DNA of 62,382 nt from an uncultured Candidatus Saccharibacteria bacterium (GCA_964517275.1 CAZFBL010000002.1:1-62382); one strand, 5' to 3'; positions 10,068 through 19,758 are shown, numbered from the stretch's first letter. A program made the numbers and translations. The notes: generated from the letters alone by a model not told the origin.

Positions 10068-10523
10068 TTATCTCTTGGTTAATTTTTTAAAGGCCTCGAT
10101 AGTCGCCTGGGCATTGTTTAATTTATTAGTTGTCCGGCCGATAATCTTAGCTGAAATATTCTCCAGACCGACTAGATTACAAATAATCCGGACTGCTCCG
10201 CCGGCGACAATACCCCGGCCAGCCAGACCTGGTTTCAACAAAACCTGAGCGCTGCCATATTTAGCTTCGACCTGATGAGGAATTGTTCCTTTAACTATCG
10301 GGATTTTAATCAAATGTTTTCTTGCTTTAGCGATTGCTTTCTCAACGGCCAGACTAACGTCGTGGCCTTTAGCCACAGCCAGCCCAATTTCGCCCTTCCG
10401 GTTGCCGATAGCGATGACCGCTCGAAATCTAAAACGACGACCGCCGGCGACGACTCGAACCACCCGGGCCACGTCGAGTAATTTTTGTTCGTATTCAGTG
10501 TCTTCTATTCTTTGATTAATCAT
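10068..10523 (-). CDS. rpsE: 30S ribosomal protein S5
   Basis: RVVRVVAGGRRFRF, GTIPHQV, GIVAGGAVR. Confidence 0.96.
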   Translation of the reverse strand: MINQRIEDTEYEQKLLDVARVVRVVAGGRRFRFRAVIAIGNRKGEIGLAVAKGHDVSLAVEKAIAKARKHLIKIPIVKGTIPHQVEAKYGSAQVLLKPGLAGRGIVAGGAVRIICNLVGLENISAKIIGRTTNKLNNAQATIEAFKKLTKR

Positions 10524-10577
10524 ATTTGAAATTATTTCTGGCCAACTGAATTCCAGTCGCCAGAAGATTATTGCCGG

Positions 10578-10925
10578 CTAAAACTCCAAACCGGCCTGAC
10601 GGGCCCCTTGGGCAGCCGACTTAACCCGACCTTGATATTTATAACCACTACGGTCAAAGACGGCTTTTTTAACCCCTTTGGCCAAAGCCTTCTTAGCTAT
10701 CAAATTGCCGACTTGCTCGGCTAAAGACAGTTTGGTTAACCCTTTTTTCTTTATTTCCCAATCACTGGAACTAACTAATGTCTTGGCACATTCATCGTCA
10801 ACCAATTGAAGATAAATATGCCGATTACTGCGGAAAACAGAAAGACGGGGACATCCTTTAGTCCCTTTTACTTTCGCTCTAATCCGTTTGTGTCGCTGAT
10901 GGCGTTTTTCCTGCTTTTGTTTCAT
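10578..10925 (-). CDS. rplR: 50S ribosomal protein L18
   Basis: [27 protein letters not shown]. Confidence 0.96.
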   Translation of the reverse strand: MKQKQEKRHQRHKRIRAKVKGTKGCPRLSVFRSNRHIYLQLVDDECAKTLVSSSDWEIKKKGLTKLSLAEQVGNLIAKKALAKGVKKAVFDRSGYKYQGRVKSAAQGARQAGLEF

Positions 10926-10989
10926 ATCAGTTACAAATTTTTATTTCCAACAAAGATTTAATCAACCGTCTTAGTCTGGAAATCTTCTT

Positions 10990-11544
10990 CTATTCAGTCC
11001 CGGCCGCCTTTTTGCCTACTTTTCTCCTAACCAGCTCATCGCTGTATCTAATTCCCTTGCCCTTATAGGGCTCCGGCTTACGAATTTCCCTAATCTGAGC
11101 GGCCACCTGACCAACTAACTGCTTATCTATGCCTGAGACAATAACCATATTTTTTTCTACCCCGAATTTAATTCCGGCCGGCGGTTCTACTTCAACCGGA
11201 TGAGAAAAGCCGATATTCAAAACTAATTTCTGACCAGCCAACGAAGCTCGGTAGCCGACCCCTTCTATTTCCAGTTTTTTCTCAAAGCCTTCCCTGACGC
11301 CCTTAACCATATTAGCAATCAAAGCCCTCGTTAAACCCCAAAGAGCCAAACCATTTTTTGACTTTGTTTTGGGGATAACCTTTAATTCTTTCTGCCCGTC
11401 GGTCAGCTCATTTAATTCCAAGTTGATCTGAATCGGAATTTGCTGAGTTAAAGTCCCCTGAGGTCCTTTAACCTCAATCTGGTCGTCAATTTTCACCTGA
11501 ACCTCGGTTGGTATAATAATTGGTTGTTTACCTATTTTTGACAT
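10990..11544 (-). CDS. rplF: 50S ribosomal protein L6
   Basis: MSKIGKQPI, GVGYRA, IGFSHPV, RKPEPYKGKGIRY. Confidence 0.97.
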   Translation of the reverse strand: MSKIGKQPIIIPTEVQVKIDDQIEVKGPQGTLTQQIPIQINLELNELTDGQKELKVIPKTKSKNGLALWGLTRALIANMVKGVREGFEKKLEIEGVGYRASLAGQKLVLNIGFSHPVEVEPPAGIKFGVEKNMVIVSGIDKQLVGQVAAQIREIRKPEPYKGKGIRYSDELVRRKVGKKAAGTE

Positions 11545-11568
11545 GAATATTATATCTAAAATTTGATT

Positions 11569-11586
11569 CCTGAGCTTGCTGAAGGA
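11569..11586. repeat. Half REP-like motif CCTGAGCTTGCTGAAGGA
   Basis: Same motif as 29758-29776 and 51479 onward. Confidence 0.5.
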
Positions 11587-11610
11587 CTACTTCTCTAGTC
11601 ATCAAAATTC

Positions 11611-12000
11611 TTACCAAATCTGACATAAAATTTCTCCCCCCAAACCCTTTTTTCTAGCCTGCCGATCAGTCATCAATCCCTGTGAAGTAGAGATAATCGC
11701 CAAGCCGTAACCTTGCTTAACCGACCTAATCTGACTTTTCTTGAGATATATCCGCCGACCCGGCTTACTAATTCTCTTCAAACTGTTAATAACCGGCTGG
11801 CCAGCCTGATATTTCAGGCCAATCTCAATAACTTTTTTGGCTTTACGACCATGGGTAGAAACCGAACTAACTAAGCCCTCTTTTTCAAAAAGATTAGCCA
11901 AACTCAGCCTCAATTTAGAAAAGGGAAGAACCGCCGACTGATGAGCAGCCGCTTGGGCATTTCTTATTCTGGTGAGCATATCAGAAATTGAATCAATCAT
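11611..12000 (-). CDS. rpsH: 30S ribosomal protein S8
   Basis: DSISDMLTRIRNA, RISKPGRRIY, STSQGLMT, GGEILC. Confidence 0.97.
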   Translation of the reverse strand: MIDSISDMLTRIRNAQAAAHQSAVLPFSKLRLSLANLFEKEGLVSSVSTHGRKAKKVIEIGLKYQAGQPVINSLKRISKPGRRIYLKKSQIRSVKQGYGLAIISTSQGLMTDRQARKKGLGGEILCQIW

Positions 12001-12009
12001 ATTATTCTA

Positions 12010-12195
12010 TTACCAACTGCTTTTTTTGACCCCGGGAATTTCTCCGTTGCGAGCTAATTCCCGAAAGCAAATTCGACATAAACCAAATTTACGAAGGTAG
12101 CCTCTTTTACGGCCACAGCGAAAACAGCGTCGGACTGCTCGACTGGAAAATTTTGGTTTTTTCTGAGCTCGGGCGATAACTGATTTTTTAGCCAT
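12010..12195 (-). CDS. rpsN: 30S ribosomal protein S14, Zn-binding type
   Basis: RCFRCGR...[18 protein letters not shown]. Confidence 0.96.
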   Translation of the reverse strand: MAKKSVIARAQKKPKFSSRAVRRCFRCGRKRGYLRKFGLCRICFRELARNGEIPGVKKSSW

Positions 12196-12207
12196 AATAA
12201 TCTCTGT

Positions 12208-12744
12208 TTATTTTATCGGAAAACCTAATAATTTAAACAAGGTCAATCCCTGACGACGGTCTTTAGCTGAACTGACTACCGCAATCTCCAGGCCGAAAAT
12301 ATTCTTAGTGCTTTCGGCTGAAATCTCCGGAAAAATTATTTGTTCTTTGACTCCGATATTCAAATTGCCGGCCTGGTCAACGTTCTTCTCGGCCAGACCG
12401 TAAAAATCGCGGCTTCGCGGCAGAGCGACATGAATTAACCTATCCAAAAAATCATACATCCGTTGACGGCGCAGAGTGACTGTCAAGCCAACAATCATTC
12501 CTTGTCTAATTTTAAACGATGCAATCGCTTTCTTGGCCGGTGAAAGCTTGGCCTTTTGGCCGGTGATTAAAGCCAAATCATGACTAATCTCCTGTTGCCG
12601 TTTTTCGTCCTTAAGATTAGGGTCAAGACCGGTATTAACAACCACCTTGACAATCCTTGGCACGGCCAAGTCATTCTGATAGCCAAACTTTTTTTTCATT
12701 GTTGGCCGGACTTCCTTGATATATTTTTCTTTTAATCGAATCAT
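12208..12744 (-). CDS. rplE: 50S ribosomal protein L5
   Basis: VPRIVKVVVN, ITGQK, FKIRQG, VTLRRQRMYDFL. Confidence 0.96.
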   Translation of the reverse strand: MIRLKEKYIKEVRPTMKKKFGYQNDLAVPRIVKVVVNTGLDPNLKDEKRQQEISHDLALITGQKAKLSPAKKAIASFKIRQGMIVGLTVTLRRQRMYDFLDRLIHVALPRSRDFYGLAEKNVDQAGNLNIGVKEQIIFPEISAESTKNIFGLEIAVVSSAKDRRQGLTLFKLLGFPIK

Positions 12745-12759
12745 AAAAAAAAATCAATC

Positions 12760-13065
12760 TTATATCTCTTGTTTACATTTTTTGCAAATCCGATATTTAC
12801 CCTTTTCGGTTAAGAGGTAACCAACCCGGGTCGACTGGCCGCATTTAGGGCAAACTAATTTAAGATTAGAGACATCAATCGGCTTAGGCACTTCAACAAT
12901 CTGGCCCTTTTCTCTTTCCCGACGCGGCCGGCGATGCCGTTTAACCAGATTGACTCCTTCAACAATGACCTTATGCTGCTCAGGAAAAGATTCCAAGACT
13001 TTAGCTTTTTTGCCTTTGTCTTTGCCGCTAATAACTAAAACTGTATCGTCTTTCTTAATTTTCAT
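12760..13065 (-). CDS. rplX: 50S ribosomal protein L24
   Basis: IKKDDTVLVISGKDKGK KOW motif; CPKC...CKKC. Confidence 0.96.
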   Translation of the reverse strand: MKIKKDDTVLVISGKDKGKKAKVLESFPEQHKVIVEGVNLVKRHRRPRREREKGQIVEVPKPIDVSNLKLVCPKCGQSTRVGYLLTEKGKYRICKKCKQEI

Positions 13066-13088
13066 ATTATCAATAGAGTCTTCGATAA

Positions 13089-13454
13089 TTAGAGAACTTC
13101 CGGAGCTAAGGAAACTATCTTATCAAAACCCCTTTCTTTTAATTCCCGGGTAACCGGCCCAAAGATACGACCACCCTTTGGGTTAGCGCCTTCCAGAATA
13201 ACTGCTGCGTTTTCGTCAAAACGGATGTAGGAGCCGTCGGCCCGACGATAAGCTTTTTTCTGGCGAACAATCACTGCTCGAACGACATCTTTCTTCTTGA
13301 CCGTTTTCCTTGGTTCTGCTTCTTTAACCGAGGCGACAATAATATCGCCGATTCGGGCGTAGCGCCGGCGACTACCTCCCAATACCTTAAAACACTGGAT
13401 AATTTTAGCGCCAGTATTGTCGGCTACTTTTAATTTTGTTCCATCTTGAATCAT
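13089..13454 (-). CDS. rplN: 50S ribosomal protein L14
   Basis: [30 protein letters not shown]. Confidence 0.98.
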   Translation of the reverse strand: MIQDGTKLKVADNTGAKIIQCFKVLGGSRRRYARIGDIIVASVKEAEPRKTVKKKDVVRAVIVRQKKAYRRADGSYIRFDENAAVILEGANPKGGRIFGPVTRELKERGFDKIVSLAPEVL

Positions 13455-13497
13455 GATTATTAACTGAAATTCACCGGGTTAATTAAACAAATCTCGC

Positions 13498-13782
13498 TCA
13501 AACCTTTCCAACAACCTGCCATTTTTTAGTCTTGCTTATTGGTCTGCTTTCCTTAATAATCAGCCGGTCGCCGGCCTTATATTTATTTTCTTCGTCGTGA
13601 ACCTTATATTTTTTATCAACTTTATATCTTTTCTGGTAACGAGGATGCTTCTTTAATCGAGAAACCAAAACGACAATGGTTTTATCCATTTTGTCAGAAA
13701 TGACTCTGCCTTTGAACAAACGATTCTTCCTCTTTTCTTTGTCCGTTGAGCTGTTTTTTGGAGAATTATTTTTTTTATTCAT
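13498..13782 (-). CDS. rpsQ: 30S ribosomal protein S17
   Basis: GRVISDKMDKTIVV, HPRYQK, SRPISKTKKW. Confidence 0.96.
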   Translation of the reverse strand: MNKKNNSPKNSSTDKEKRKNRLFKGRVISDKMDKTIVVLVSRLKKHPRYQKRYKVDKKYKVHDEENKYKAGDRLIIKESRPISKTKKWQVVGKV

Positions 13783-13966
13783 TTTTACCTGTGCTTAAAA
13801 TAGTCAAAATCCGGGCAATCTCCCTACGCAGTTCCCTAACCTGTCGAACATCTTTCAGTTTCTTAGCGGCCAAATCAAACCTAAGCTGACCAAGCTTATG
13901 GCGATTTTCTTCTAAAGTTTCCTTCAGCTCTTTATTTGTTTTTCTGCGCAATTCTTTGATTTTCAT
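13775..13966 (-). CDS. rpmC: 50S ribosomal protein L29
   Basis: MKIKELRRK...RREIARILT; start moved to the ATG at 13966 because the track start lies inside a repeat element. Confidence 0.92.
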   Translation of the reverse strand: MKIKELRRKTNKELKETLEENRHKLGQLRFDLAAKKLKDVRQVRELRREIARILTILSTGKNE

Positions 13967-13972
13967 CGCTTT

Positions 13973-14062
13973 GTCATTGCCAGGAGCGAACAAAGTAAGC
14001 GACGCGGTAATCTTACGGTATTCTTCGGGATTGTCTCACTCCTTTCAGTCGTTAGCAATGAC
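13973..14062. repeat. GTCATTGC...GCAATGAC palindromic element (RPE/REP-like)
   Basis: 8-bp terminal inverted repeat, internal GTAATCT/GGGATTG arms; lies between rplP and rpmC. Confidence 0.7.
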
Positions 14063-14068
14063 CTTTCA

Positions 14069-14479
14069 TTAACGCTTAATAAATTTTGTCTTAATCGGCA
14101 ATTTATGGCTGGCCCGCCGCATCGCCTCTTTGGCCATTTCTTCGGCAATACCGTCCATTTCAAAAATGATTCGGCCCGGCTTAATGGGCATAACATAATG
14201 GTCCGGACTGCCCTTACCACCACCCATCGGCACCTCAACTCCTTTTTTGGTCACCGGTTTATCCGGAAAAACTCTAATCCAAATTTTGCCGCCACGCTGG
14301 ACATAGCGAGTCATTGCTCGGCGAGCGGCCTCAATTTGACGCGCGGTCAGCCAACAGCCGGCTAAAGCTTTCAAGCCGAAAGAGCCAAAAGCCAGGTAGT
14401 CACCACGCTTAGCACGTTGACTGTGGACTCGTCCTTTCTGCCATTTGCGATGTTTGACTTTCTTAGGAAACAACATCAA
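14069..14479 (-). CDS. rplP: 50S ribosomal protein L16
   Basis: [35 protein letters not shown]. Confidence 0.97.
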   Translation of the reverse strand: MMLFPKKVKHRKWQKGRVHSQRAKRGDYLAFGSFGLKALAGCWLTARQIEAARRAMTRYVQRGGKIWIRVFPDKPVTKKGVEVPMGGGKGSPDHYVMPIKPGRIIFEMDGIAEEMAKEAMRRASHKLPIKTKFIKR

Positions 14480-14485
14480 ATTATC

Positions 14486-14557
14486 TACGAATTACGAATT
14501 TATTACGAAATCACGAATAATTTTTTCGTAATTCCGTATATCATTCGTACTTCGCAG
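14486..14557. repeat. Heptad repeat array: 4 x (T/C)ACGAA followed by 4 inverted TTCGTA-like copies
   Basis: Direct copies at 14486, 14493, 14504, 14512; inverted copies at 14525, 14533, 14544, 14551. Confidence 0.75.
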
Positions 14558-14559
14558 GT

Positions 14560-15231
14560 CTACTGGAAAACTTCTCCTTTATAAATCCAGACCTTAATGC
14601 CGATTGTTCCGTAAGTAGTATAGGCGGTCGCCTGGGCATAATCAATACTGGAACGTAAAGTCTGTAAAGGAATTCTTCCCTGTTTCAACCACTCCTTGCG
14701 AGCAATCTCGGCTCCATTCAATCTGCCCTTGACCATCACCTTTGCCCCCTGGATCTCATTATTCTGAGTTATCTTGCTTAAAGTCTGTTTCATTACCCGA
14801 CGGTAGGGCAATCTTTTTTCTATCTGATTAGCCATTTCAGCGGCGACAACAGTTGCTTGCGAACTGGCCTGTTTAACTTCTTCAATCTCTAAACGAATTT
14901 CTAATTTACCGCCTTTGTTCGGAGCCAAATTCGGGTCAATTTTTCGGATAAATTTTTTAATTTCTTCTTTCAATTCTTCTACCCCGCTGCCGCCACGGCC
15001 AATGACTAAACCGGGCCGGGTGGTCTGAATAATAATGTTAATCAGGTTAGCTGAACGTTCTATCCGAATTGAATTTAAACCAGTTCTATCTAATTTCTTG
15101 TTAATAAAACTCCGCAAGCGAACATCTTGCTCCAAAAGGTCTCGGTATTTACCTTTTTTGCCAAACCAACGAGACTTCCAATTTTCTCCGAGGCCGATTC
15201 GTAAAGATAGTGGGTGAACTTTTTGTCCCAT
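14560..15231 (-). CDS. rpsC: 30S ribosomal protein S3
   Basis: MGQKVHP, RPGLVIGRGG, GRLNGAEIAR, GRIPLQTLR, YGTIGIKVWI. Confidence 0.98.
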   Translation of the reverse strand: MGQKVHPLSLRIGLGENWKSRWFGKKGKYRDLLEQDVRLRSFINKKLDRTGLNSIRIERSANLINIIIQTTRPGLVIGRGGSGVEELKEEIKKFIRKIDPNLAPNKGGKLEIRLEIEEVKQASSQATVVAAEMANQIEKRLPYRRVMKQTLSKITQNNEIQGAKVMVKGRLNGAEIARKEWLKQGRIPLQTLRSSIDYAQATAYTTYGTIGIKVWIYKGEVFQ

Positions 15232-15233
15232 AA

Positions 15234-15833
15234 TTAAAAACTTTTTCGTCTAAAATATTTTTTTACATTACCAAAGGTCTGCCGACTAAAGAATTTTTTC
15301 TTAGATTGGGAAGTGGTTGGATAAGGACGAGCTGGCGGAACCGGTTCCGGCTTAATCATTGGCTCTTCCTTTTCTTCTAAACGGCCAATCTCTTCCAATA
15401 ATTCCGGTTTCTTCTTTTTCTCTTTGTCCTCGGGCGTTCTGGATAAGCGAGATTCCTTAACTTTAGCCGGTCTATCTTCTCTTTTCTCCGGAACAGCCAA
15501 GCTTTCTTTTTGTCCTAAAACCAATGTAATATGACAAGTCTTCTTTCTAATTGGGGTGGCCCGTCCCATCGCCCGTGGTTGCCATCTTTTCAGCATCGGT
15601 CCTTCATCAACAATGAGCTTATCAACATAAAGATTCTCTTTACTTAACTTGTCATTATTCTGAGCGTTGGCCAAGGCCGACCTGAGTAGTTTTAAGATAG
15701 GCCGAGCGGCCCGTTTAGCCAAGAAATTCAACTGCCCCTCGGCCTCTTCAACCGGTAATCCCTTAATCAGATTGGCGACCAACCTAACCTTACGAGGGGA
15801 TATTCTAAGATAGCTCAATTTAGCCTTAGTCAT
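15234..15833 (-). CDS. rplV: 50S ribosomal protein L22 with a C-terminal extension of about 90 aa
   Basis: RISPRKVRLVA, SALANA, KRWQPRAMGRA; the tail is charged and Pro-rich. Confidence 0.95.
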   Translation of the reverse strand: MTKAKLSYLRISPRKVRLVANLIKGLPVEEAEGQLNFLAKRAARPILKLLRSALANAQNNDKLSKENLYVDKLIVDEGPMLKRWQPRAMGRATPIRKKTCHITLVLGQKESLAVPEKREDRPAKVKESRLSRTPEDKEKKKKPELLEEIGRLEEKEEPMIKPEPVPPARPYPTTSQSKKKFFSRQTFGNVKKYFRRKSF

Positions 15834-15850
15834 ATTAATTATTCAGCCGT

Positions 15851-16144
15851 TTATCTTTGGCGAGCGCCCATTGTCTGTTCCCGTTGCATCTTGCCGCCAT
15901 GCTTAATAAACTTGCGGGTTAGGGCAAACTCACCCAACTTATGACCGACCATATCTTCGGCGATTAAAACCGGAACGTGTTCCTTGCCGTTATGAATCCC
16001 GAAGGTAAAGCCAACCATCTCCGGACTAATCGTCGAACGCCTCGACCAGGTCCTGATTACTGTTTTATCGCCCGGCTTTAAGTTAGCTATCTTTTTCAAT
16101 AGCTTAGCTTCAACATATGGACCCTTTTTCAAACTTCTGCTCAT
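15851..16144 (-). CDS. rpsS: 30S ribosomal protein S19
   Basis: [32 protein letters not shown]. Confidence 0.98.
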   Translation of the reverse strand: MSRSLKKGPYVEAKLLKKIANLKPGDKTVIRTWSRRSTISPEMVGFTFGIHNGKEHVPVLIAEDMVGHKLGEFALTRKFIKHGGKMQREQTMGARQR

Positions 16145-16149
16145 AATAA

Positions 16150-16989
16150 TTATTTCCTTTTCTTTCTAATCCTTTTTTTCAAAATTAATTTATCGCTAGC
16201 TTTTCTCTTGCGAGTCTTTACTCCGTAAGCTAGTTTACCCCAGGGCGTCTTCGGACCTTTTCTTAAGCCAATCGGTTGTCGATTCTCGCCGCCACCATGC
16301 GGATGGTCAACCGGATTCATAGCCGAGCCGCGAACGGTCGGTCGACGGCCCAGCCAACGACCCCGACCGGCCTTACCCAAAACAACCATATTATGTTCCG
16401 GATTAGTCAGCTGACCCAAACTGGCCCAACATTCTTCCCTGACCATTCTTACTTCGTTAGAAGACAATTTAAGATGACTGTAACCAGCTTCGTTGGCCAA
16501 AACCTGGGCCGCGCTGCCAGCCGCTCTAATCAGCTGTCCTCCTCTATTCGGATGGAGTTCGACATTATAGACCTGACTACCGGTTGGAATATTTTTTAAT
16601 TTTAAGCGATTACCCGTCTTGAGCGGGCCTTTTTCCCGGCAGATAATTTCGTCACCGACCTTCAAACCATTTGGAGCTAAAACATATCTTTTCTGGCCAT
16701 CCCGATAATTCAAAAGAGCGATAAAACAACTCCGATTCGGGTCGTACTCTAAAGAAACAACCTTAGCTGGAATATCCAATTTGTCAAATCTTTTAAAGTC
16801 AATTAACCGGTATTTCCTTTTGCGACCGCCTCCTTTGTGGCGAGAAGTGATTCTTCCCCGATAACCACGACCAAAGCGTCTGACCAGTTTTTTGGTCAAT
16901 TTCTTTTCCGGTTTTTTCTTAGCCAAAGCGGAAAAATCCACTGAACTCATTCCCCTTCGACCAGGACTAGTCGGTTTGTGTCTTTTCAT
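16150..16989 (-). CDS. rplB: 50S ribosomal protein L2
   Basis: [33 protein letters not shown]. Confidence 0.98.
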   Translation of the reverse strand: MKRHKPTSPGRRGMSSVDFSALAKKKPEKKLTKKLVRRFGRGYRGRITSRHKGGGRKRKYRLIDFKRFDKLDIPAKVVSLEYDPNRSCFIALLNYRDGQKRYVLAPNGLKVGDEIICREKGPLKTGNRLKLKNIPTGSQVYNVELHPNRGGQLIRAAGSAAQVLANEAGYSHLKLSSNEVRMVREECWASLGQLTNPEHNMVVLGKAGRGRWLGRRPTVRGSAMNPVDHPHGGGENRQPIGLRKGPKTPWGKLAYGVKTRKRKASDKLILKKRIRKKRK

Positions 16990-16995
16990 AGAAAT

Positions 16996-17082
16996 GTCAT
17001 TCTGAGTCCGCTAAAGGCGGACGAAGAATCTCGCAGTTATTACTTAAGATCCTTCGACCGCCTTCGGCTCTTTCAGGATGAC
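16996..17082. repeat. GTCATTCTGA...TCAGGATGAC palindromic element
   Basis: Terminal inverted repeat plus GAAGAATCT/AGATCCTTC arms; lies between rplW and rplB. Confidence 0.7.
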
Positions 17083-17092
17083 TGTTTCGCCG

Positions 17093-17572
17093 TCATCTCG
17101 CTAATAATTCTATTTTTTCACCCGGGGCTAAAGTAATAATTGCTTTTTTATAACCCTTCTTTAGGCCGCCCCGCCAACCCTGGCTGAGGCCTAAACGTCT
17201 TTTCTTACCGGCCAGATGAATTAAATTAACCTTAGTTACTTTGACCTGATAAAGAGCCTCAATCGTTTTCTTAATTTCCGGCTTATTCGCCCGTGGCAAG
17301 ACCTTAAAAACATATTTATTCTGTCCAGCCAAAGAAGTTGCTTTCTCGGTAATCTGCGGTTCTTTAATCAGCCGATAGGCCTGAGGGACTCGTTGACCAA
17401 CAAACTCCTGAGTCTTTTTTTTATCGGTTTCCGGCCGGCCAGCCGCCGTTTTTTCTTTTTCAAGCTGAGATTTGTCTATGGCTGATTGAACAGCTCTTGT
17501 GTTTTCTTTTTCCTTTCTCTTTCTCCTCCAGGCTGGATTTGTTTTTTTCTTTAATTTGTTTAATAAAGACAT
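17093..17572 (-). CDS. rplW: 50S ribosomal protein L23 with an N-terminal extension of about 60 aa
   Basis: [30 protein letters not shown]. Confidence 0.93.
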   Translation of the reverse strand: MSLLNKLKKKTNPAWRRKRKEKENTRAVQSAIDKSQLEKEKTAAGRPETDKKKTQEFVGQRVPQAYRLIKEPQITEKATSLAGQNKYVFKVLPRANKPEIKKTIEALYQVKVTKVNLIHLAGKKRRLGLSQGWRGGLKKGYKKAIITLAPGEKIELLAR

Positions 17573-17577
17573 AAAAT

Positions 17578-18222
17578 TTACCTAAGATAGACTCTCTTAA
17601 TTACTTTAAGAGCCGCTTGAGGAATTAATAAATATCGATATGAAAGAATATCCAAAACATTCAGACTATCAGCTCTAATCGTCTTCAGCTTGGGAACATT
17701 TTGACTGGCTCTGATTATATTCTGGTCGGTAGTCGGCAAAATAATTAAAGTCCCTCTGTCTAAATCTTTCTTTAAACTATTGTTCAAATGACTAATTATC
17801 TCGATTATCTGCTTAGTCTTGGCCTTGCTTAATTCTAACTTGTCCAATAAAACCAATTGGTCGTCTTTAAGTTTGGAAGACATGGCCATCAATAGAGCTT
17901 GTCTTTTCATTTTTCTGTTAATTTTTTTAGAGAAAGTTCTTTCTTTAGTCGGCCCGAAAGTAACTCCGCCGCCAATCCAAATTGGCGAACGGATTGAGCC
18001 ATGACGAGCTCGGCCAGTCCCTTTTTGACGCCATGGTTTCGTTCCGCCTCCTCGGACCTGACCTCGGTCCTTAGCCTGGGCTAAAACCTGTCGACGGCCA
18101 GCCATCTGTTCAACGGCCGCCTGATGGATTAAATCCTTATTTAGCGAGACTCCGAAAATCTCAGCCGGTAAATCCAGCTGGCCGACTTCTTTTCCTTCTT
18201 GATTATACAATTTAACATTCAT
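17578..18222 (-). CDS. rplD: 50S ribosomal protein L4
   Basis: [30 protein letters not shown]. Confidence 0.98.
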   Translation of the reverse strand: MNVKLYNQEGKEVGQLDLPAEIFGVSLNKDLIHQAAVEQMAGRRQVLAQAKDRGQVRGGGTKPWRQKGTGRARHGSIRSPIWIGGGVTFGPTKERTFSKKINRKMKRQALLMAMSSKLKDDQLVLLDKLELSKAKTKQIIEIISHLNNSLKKDLDRGTLIILPTTDQNIIRASQNVPKLKTIRADSLNVLDILSYRYLLIPQAALKVIKRVYLR

Positions 18223-18250
18223 GATTTAAAACACATTCACAAAAGACAGG

Positions 18251-19006
18251 TCATTTATTTTCCGTCTTCTCTTCTTTTTCCTTCTCCGGCTCTTTTATTT
18301 TCCCCTGGCCTTTCTTTTCTTGGACTTTTCTTTCTTCTTCTTCCAGTTCAACTATTAATTTATCTTCTTTTTCTTTTTCAACCGCCTTAATCTCTTTACT
18401 TACTCTAATTTCTAAAAGACTGTTTTTCCGGCCGGGAACCGCTCCCTGGACAGCCAGTAAATTGTTCTCCTTGTCCACTTGAACAATTTTTAAACCGGAG
18501 ATGGTCACCCGCCGAGTGCCCATTCGACCGGCCATTTTTCTTCCCGGCAAAACCCTCTCTGGCCAGGCTGAACCAATCGAACCGGGCGCTCTTAGCCCGT
18601 GCTTGGTTCCATGACTGGCCGGAAAGCCGGAGAAACCATGTCTCTTAACAACTCCTTGGAAACCTCGGCCTTTAGCCAGACTAGACACTTTGACTATTTC
18701 CCCTTCTTGGAAAATCGAAACGTCTATTTTATCACCAGCCTTTAGGTTACTATCGGCGAATTCACTTAAATAACGAAACGATTTCTCCAAACCAGACTTT
18801 TTAAAATGACCCCTTTGAGGTTTTTTAACTCTATTGTCTCTAATTTCTTCGAAGCCGAGCTGAACGGCCTGATAGCCATCCTTTTCTTTAGTCTTTGACT
18901 GAACAACAAAACAAGGACCGGCCTCAACCAAGGTAACCGGAACAACTTTTTTCCGTTCATCGAAAACCTGGCTCATGCCTAATTTTTTACCAAGAATAAA
19001 TTTCAT
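18251..19006 (-). CDS. rplC: 50S ribosomal protein L3 with a charged C-terminal tail
   Basis: GKKLGMSQVF, DGYQAVQLGF, KGRGFQGVVKRHGF, GRKMAGRMG, GAVPG. Confidence 0.97.
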   Translation of the reverse strand: MKFILGKKLGMSQVFDERKKVVPVTLVEAGPCFVVQSKTKEKDGYQAVQLGFEEIRDNRVKKPQRGHFKKSGLEKSFRYLSEFADSNLKAGDKIDVSIFQEGEIVKVSSLAKGRGFQGVVKRHGFSGFPASHGTKHGLRAPGSIGSAWPERVLPGRKMAGRMGTRRVTISGLKIVQVDKENNLLAVQGAVPGRKNSLLEIRVSKEIKAVEKEKEDKLIVELEEEERKVQEKKGQGKIKEPEKEKEEKTENK

Positions 19007-19017
19007 ATAACCCTACT

Positions 19018-19244
19018 TTAGTTCTCTTCCCAATCCATTTCGAAAACATAGTGGAGAAGCTTACCTGCCTCGCGGCAAGGCGGGGAAAATTAAGTCATTG
19101 GCCAGGCAAAAATAGCTGTCGGAAAACTTTTTGGGCTTTGCCCGAAAAGGCAAACGAAACAGCGTTAAGTTTTTGCCGCCGACAATGACTTCAATTTTCA
19201 AGATTCGGAACTTTGTTTGAGAAATAGATTGGGAAGAGAACTAA
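19018..19244. mobile_element. MITE-like element with ~31-bp imperfect terminal inverted repeats
   Basis: TTAGTTCTCTTCCCAATCCATTTCGAAAACA versus the reverse complement of 19214-19244 (28/31); nested inner inverted repeats; no ORF. Confidence 0.65.
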
Positions 19245-19353
19245 CTCCTGAAAGACGATAGGCAATAAAATACCGGGCACTAGCCCGGTCTTTAATAACG
19301 GATAGTTGCCTTTAATTAATTGACATTTAATCTAGTATAGGAGTCTCCATAAA

Positions 19354-19683
19354 TTACATTTTTATTTCAATATCAATACCGGCTGGCAGATTTAATCCCA
19401 TCAAAGCGTCAATTATTTTAGGATTGGGGTTAATAATATCAATCAGCCGTTTATGAATTCTCATTTCATACTGTTCCCGCGAATCTTTATGGACAAAAGT
19501 GGAACGATTAACTGTATATTTATGGATCTGAGTCGGCAACGGAACCGGCCCTCTTATTTCAGCATCATAACGTCCAATCGTTTCGACAATCTGCTTGATT
19601 GATTGGTCAATCAATTTGTGGTCGTAAGCCTGAATTTTAATACGAATTCGTTGCTTAACTTCTTCTTCTTTTTTAGGTGCCAT
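19354..19683 (-). CDS. rpsJ: 30S ribosomal protein S10
   Basis: [39 protein letters not shown]. Confidence 0.98.
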   Translation of the reverse strand: MAPKKEEEVKQRIRIKIQAYDHKLIDQSIKQIVETIGRYDAEIRGPVPLPTQIHKYTVNRSTFVHKDSREQYEMRIHKRLIDIINPNPKIIDALMGLNLPAGIDIEIKM

Positions 19684-19716
19684 CGTTAAAACTAGAATTT
19701 AAAAGGTAAATTAAGA

Positions 19717-19746
19717 GAGTTTAGCCCAGCTGACCGGGCTAAACTC
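19717..19746 (-). terminator. Hairpin / probable terminator after tuf
   Basis: Perfect 11-bp stem GAGTTTAGCCC/GGGCTAAACTC. Confidence 0.6.
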
Positions 19747-19758
19747 CTAAACTCCAAC

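Noticed and set aside
13963-14238. 91-aa ORF across rplP and rpmC
   Set aside because: Out-of-frame overlap of rplP running through a palindromic repeat; no motif.
17093-17095. Alternative genetic code (UGA = Gly, as in Gracilibacteria)
   Set aside because: TGA terminates rplW, fusA and rpsO at the expected positions, and conserved genes are full length under table 11.
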